Shown in pieces: positions 38,601 through 41,499 of a stretch of 41,499 nt of DNA; within the stretch, counting starts at the first letter, position 1; every line of letters starts with the position of its first letter. A model generated the notes under the pieces. That model made no database searches and was not told the DNA's origin. It saw only the letters and a list, made by a program, of their open reading frames with translations. Source of the stretch: Candidatus Izemoplasmataceae bacterium (GTDB lineage: Bacteria > Bacillota_I > Bacilli_A > Izemoplasmatales > Izemoplasmataceae); NCBI GenBank assembly GCA_046538775.1, contig JBKHIE010000001.1:1-41499 (forward strand), read 5' to 3'. The translations under genes were made by a program, and so were the position numbers.

Positions 38601-39096
38601 AATCGCCAAGAAAAAAGAAGAGCCTCAAAAAGAGAAGCCCGATGAGACCAAACGCAACAGGATCAAGATGCCCACAAGCCGCAGCATCCCCGAAGACTAT
38701 GTCGGGGATGAGACCCTCAGAATCGACATGCACCGCAGGATCGGCGCCATTGAGACCGAAGAGGACTACGAAGTGCTCAAACAGGAATTCAGCGACCGTT
38801 TCGGCCCGGTGCCGAAGCGTGTCGAGACCTACATGCTTGAAAAGCTCTATGAACAGCTTGCGCTTGCTGCCGGAGTGGAGCGTGTCCATGAAAGCGACAC
38901 GGCCATCACCTTCGTCATTGACCGTGAACACTCGAAAGGCATTCACGGGGAGATGCTTTTCAAGAAGGCCAACGCGCTTTCAAGGTTCGTAAGTCTGTCT
39001 TACAAACAGGAAAAACTACGGATTACGATGGACAAGGGAAAAATCGAGAAAAGCGTTCTAGAACTGGTCGTACCGCTTCTGGAAATGCTGTCATGA
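35644..39096 (+). CDS. mfd: transcription-repair coupling factor
   Basis: UvrB-homology N-terminus, an RNAP-interaction (CarD-like) domain (GDYVVHYDHGIGRYLG), superfamily-2 helicase motifs (GDVGYGKTEVA, DEEQRFG, the TRG motif) and a C-terminal D7. ATG at 35644 lies after GGAGGT. Confidence 0.96.
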   Translation: MKALLNHLKKSDFFKSLDALLTEDKIEINDTNDPLNMVLIHYIFTHSDRSVLVVNHNLYHAQKTYDTLGNMDITPRFFPQDEFLTTDMLAMSEDLKFQRLDTIKALLWEQKELVITHPTGLLKYLPPKSAFKEVSETFRKGDEIEPDALIAKLVAMGYTHATEVEKVGDYAKRGSIVDVFPMGYEEPVRFDFFDIEIDSIRLFDVNSQRSKASVASVTLFPRTEFFYDDATFKAMEESIKDKIDKGDFSDQTVERVEDELIALQNRDEPDRFARYMGFAYDHTETLSEYMNDPLVIHINHEDVKATYAQIVADLSDWMVENGDYPSIGFEFLKDFDRLYHFKEVRLNTFESPKPLKNRISLRAKQAIQYAGNMQMLLKDLRKYQGHVTTLVASSDKDRLNTLKDLLEEKGLSYKLLGKKDTAFEKTINLVHEAIPVAFEWFDVNTLVLNDQALFEITHTRKPKKQKAVFKDTEKLTRPEELKKGDYVVHYDHGIGRYLGIKTMTFQDQTNDYITIAYKGDDTLYIPVENIHLIQKYSAHEGVRPKINKLGSADWAKTKQRVRKKARNIAGQLIELYAKREEAEGFAFSSDLDMMTPFESDFPYEETEDQLKAIEAVKQDMEKPTPMDRLICGDVGYGKTEVALRATFKAVLDNKQVAYLAPTTILTRQHFYTFKRRLAKHGIKVALLNRFVSGKRQREYLEGIRTGKIDVVIGTHRILSRDIDFHDLGLLIVDEEQRFGVEHKEKIKAMKLHVDVLSLSATPIPRTLQMAMTGVKQMSLIETPPKDRFPIQTYVLRRNNHVIQDAIERELGRHGQVFYLYNRVEDIDEIKDELDALVPDARVIYAHGKMNRNQLERVMQAFLDHEYDVLVSTTIIETGIDIQNANTLIVHDSDKLGLSQLYQIRGRVGRSNRIAYSYLMYDKHKQLNEEAAKRLQAIKEFTELGSGYKIAARDLAIRGAGDLLGTEQSGFIDSVGIEMFLEILKEEIAKKKEEPQKEKPDETKRNRIKMPTSRSIPEDYVGDETLRIDMHRRIGAIETEEDYEVLKQEFSDRFGPVPKRVETYMLEKLYEQLALAAGVERVHESDTAITFVIDREHSKGIHGEMLFKKANALSRFVSLSYKQEKLRITMDKGKIEKSVLELVVPLLEMLS

Positions 39097-39103
39097 ACAC
39101 GAT

Positions 39104-39137
39104 AAAAACGGGGCCCCCAAGGATGGGGGCCCCGTTT
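39104..39137. terminator. bidirectional intrinsic terminator between mfd and the downstream membrane protein gene
   Basis: Perfect 11-bp GC-rich stem ACGGGGCCCCC / GGGGGCCCCGT (39108-39118 / 39125-39135), flanked by A5 and T3. Confidence 0.8.
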
Positions 39138-39150
39138 ATCATTTAGGGTG

Positions 39151-39687
39151 TTAGAGGGCTTCAAAAGCGCTCGATAATTGAATGCTTGAAAGGAGGGTAA
39201 GCCGTATGAAGTAGAAATAGACGAGGGAACCGATCAGGAAATGGTGTATCGCATAGAGATCCCTGGGTTCCAGGGTCTGGTGGATGTAACGTCTGAGGTA
39301 ATGGATGAAAAATAGGATGGTGGCAAGTAAGGCGGCCCCTTCAAAGACAAGAAAGACGATTTCGAGCGCCATGGTGATCTCAAAGATATTCGTAATTGAA
39401 GGAAGCGTGATGTAGGTGATGGGGACTGCCGGGAGCAAGAGAATCACGATAAGCAGTATTTTAGGGAATGTTTCAATGGTGGCCGTCTTGACCAACAGCC
39501 TGCCGATCAGGAAAAACACCAGCGGGTGAAGAAGGAATATGTAGAAATTGATTGAAGTGGCGATGACGCCCAGTGCGCCTTCTGATCCCGCCAAGGTCAA
39601 ATAGAGTCCGAATACAAAAAGGATGGCGGTCATTACAGTGATGATCACGGTGTATAGGATATGGTTCTTGTTCGGATATGGATTCAA
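39151..39687 (-). CDS. hypothetical polytopic membrane protein (178 aa, about 5-6 TM)
   Basis: TTG start at 39687 lies 7 nt after AAGGAGGG. TATAAT elements lie upstream. I recognise no family. Confidence 0.6.
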   Translation of the reverse strand: MNPYPNKNHILYTVIITVMTAILFVFGLYLTLAGSEGALGVIATSINFYIFLLHPLVFFLIGRLLVKTATIETFPKILLIVILLLPAVPITYITLPSITNIFEITMALEIVFLVFEGAALLATILFFIHYLRRYIHQTLEPRDLYAIHHFLIGSLVYFYFIRLTLLSSIQLSSAFEAL

Positions 39688-39758
39688 ACGACCACCCTCC
39701 TTCGTTTCTATTATAGAAGCATTATACCATATTCGGAAAGATTTGGAAACAAGGAATA

Positions 39759-40223
39759 CTACCTTGAAATCCCTTTATCGTCTTGTTTGCAAAAGGTCTT
39801 CACCATATCGTCCAAGGCTTTTTTGTAACTGCCGATGCCTTCGCCTTTGAATGTCTTCTGACAAGCAGGGCGGATGACGGAGGTGTGACGGAATGGTTCT
39901 GAACGGGTGTCGGGGTCGCTGAGGTGGACTTCGTATACGGGAAGATCGATCGCTTTGATTGTATCATAGAGCGCGTAACTGTAGTGTGTGAAGGCGGCCG
40001 CGTTCAGTAGGACGCCATCCATCCCCATGGTTTTCGCATACTGCAGGATGTCGATGAGGATCCCTTCAAGGTTGGACTGCTTGATTGCAATCTTGACGCC
40101 CAGGGATTGCCCGTAGTCGATCAGCTCTTTCTCCAAGGCCTCATAGGTCATGGTACCATAGATTTCGACTTCACGGCTGCCAAGAAGGTTAAGATTGGGA
40201 CCGTTTAGAATTAAAATATTCAT
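39759..40223 (-). CDS. aroQ: 3-dehydroquinate dehydratase, type II
   Basis: MNILILNGPNLNLLGSREVEIYG canonical AroQ N-terminus. ATG at 40223 follows GAGGAGG. The longer tracked ORF (to 40295) adds a non-homologous extension. Confidence 0.92.
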   Translation of the reverse strand: MNILILNGPNLNLLGSREVEIYGTMTYEALEKELIDYGQSLGVKIAIKQSNLEGILIDILQYAKTMGMDGVLLNAAAFTHYSYALYDTIKAIDLPVYEVHLSDPDTRSEPFRHTSVIRPACQKTFKGEGIGSYKKALDDMVKTFCKQDDKGISR

Positions 40224-41454
40224 CAAGGGCCTCCTCAATCCGTGCAATGATGGTCTCCTCATCCCATGTGTCCTTGGAGATGATGAAGTCGGCATACTTC
40301 TCGTACAGGGGTTGTCTTTTTGCCTTGAGTTTCTTCAAGTCGTCCAAGGATTCCGCCAAGGGCCGTCCGCGCATCATGGTTTCATCGATCAAGTCCAGCG
40401 ACAGATCGAGGAAAATGATGATGCTGTTCTGTCGGAGTGATTCCATCGCGGCCTTGCTGAGGACGATGCCGCCACCGGGAACGATGACCTGGCCATACCG
40501 TTTAGCGGCTTCTTTTACCTTGGCTTCTTCAAGGGCTCTGAAATACGATTCGCCTTTTTTCTGGAAAATCGCATGGATCGGGGCGTTCTCAGAATCTTCC
40601 ACAGCCTGGTCGACATCGATCAGAGGCTTGTCCAGACGCTCCTTGAGCAGACGTCCGAAGTGAGACTTGCCTGAGAAAGGCAGGCCGATCAGAACGAGAT
40701 TGGTGACTTTTTTCCTGAGGATTTCCAATAGCTTGCCCTTGGGCATCGGGGCATGGTCTTTGAAAAAACGCTTCTGGGATTCACGGGCCTGTTCCACAAG
40801 CATCTCAAGACCGTTGATCCCCTTTATTCCCAATCTTTTCGCATCCAGCAAAAGATGGGTTCTTAGCGGGTTGTAGATGAGATCGAAGACGAGCTTCAGG
40901 TCAGGAAAGGCCTCCAAGGAGAAACCGAACCGTTGGTCGTTGTCCGGATACATGCCTACGGGGGTGGCTTGAATCAGGACTTCAATCGAGGGGTGTTCTT
41001 CAATGGTTTCAAGGCGCTTCTCGTTGGTTTTGGGATGCCTTGCGAAGATATGGGGAGGGGCATAGCCAAGAGAAGTCAGCGCCTTCTTGATGCTTTTGGA
41101 GGTCGCACCGTTACCGATGACGGCGACGACCGTATCCCTGTTGGCCGGGAAATAATCCCGGATCAGTTGCTTCAAGGCCAATACATCCGTATTGTAGCCG
41201 ATCAGTTTACCCTTTTCGTCGATGATGGTGTTGACCACACCCGCTTCCTCTGCGGTTTCATCGAGGCCGTCGAGGAAGGGCATGCAGGCCTCCTTGTATG
41301 GATGGGTGACATTGACGGCCTTGAACGGCCGGGCCCGGAAGAAGTTCTTAAGGTCGCTGGTTTCATAGAGATGATAGTCCATAGAAGGTGTCAGGGTTTC
41401 ATGAATGGTTTTTGAGAGACTGTGTCCTAGTGATTTTCCTAAAAGACCGTACAT
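40189..41454 (-). CDS. aroE/aroK: fused shikimate dehydrogenase / shikimate kinase
   Basis: Residues 1 to about 250 look like AroE (LGHSLSKTIHE, NVTHPYKE, GVVNTI, GYNTD, IGNGATSKS, ATPVGM, YNPLRT, NGLEMLVEQA). Residues from about 255 to 421 look like AroK (P-loop GLPFSGKSH, DVDQAVE, GESYFRALE, PGGGIVL, RGRPL, RQPLYEKYA). Confidence 0.88.
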   Translation of the reverse strand: MYGLLGKSLGHSLSKTIHETLTPSMDYHLYETSDLKNFFRARPFKAVNVTHPYKEACMPFLDGLDETAEEAGVVNTIIDEKGKLIGYNTDVLALKQLIRDYFPANRDTVVAVIGNGATSKSIKKALTSLGYAPPHIFARHPKTNEKRLETIEEHPSIEVLIQATPVGMYPDNDQRFGFSLEAFPDLKLVFDLIYNPLRTHLLLDAKRLGIKGINGLEMLVEQARESQKRFFKDHAPMPKGKLLEILRKKVTNLVLIGLPFSGKSHFGRLLKERLDKPLIDVDQAVEDSENAPIHAIFQKKGESYFRALEEAKVKEAAKRYGQVIVPGGGIVLSKAAMESLRQNSIIIFLDLSLDLIDETMMRGRPLAESLDDLKKLKAKRQPLYEKYADFIISKDTWDEETIIARIEEALDEYFNSKRSQS

Positions 41455-41499
41455 AGATTATCCCTTCTTTTGAAGCTTTTTACTAAGTTCGAACAAGGT

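Overview
This window is the chromosomal replication-origin region of a Bacillota (Firmicutes)-type genome. TGA is used as a stop codon (mnmE, ybaB, the HAD gene), so the standard code 11 applies, not the Mycoplasma code. dnaA (31130-32509, minus) and rpmH (32879-33013, plus) diverge from a DnaA-box cluster, and a second box cluster plus an AT-rich unwinding region lies between dnaA and dnaN. Gene orientation switches at this point. To the left, mostly on the minus strand: dnaA-dnaN-yaaA-recF-gyrB-gyrA, a Ser T-box leader with serS-pepA, a HAD/HIT pair, pta, lipid kinase-rnmV-rsmA-ispE, spoVG, prs, two tandem RDD-family genes, an Asn T-box leader with asnS, a four-gene orphan-NfeD-RDD-SPFH operon, ttcA, mnmE, a hypothetical-dnaX-ybaB-recR-small membrane protein string, and a sugar-type ABC transporter. 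To the right, on the plus strand: rpmH-rnpA-yidC-jag-pth and mfd, followed on the minus strand by a membrane protein, aroQ and a fused aroE/aroK. I found no rRNA, tRNA, CRISPR array, IS or transposase, integrase or phage gene. The window is overwhelmingly core housekeeping DNA, and I see no convincing defence island or mobile element. The best candidates for something undescribed are the translationally coupled orphan-NfeD-RDD-SPFH membrane operon and the local expansion of RDD-family membrane proteins (three genes within about 5 kb). Both are flagged at moderate interest only. All calls come from reading the translations and the DNA by eye. No searches, alignments or RNA folds were computed.
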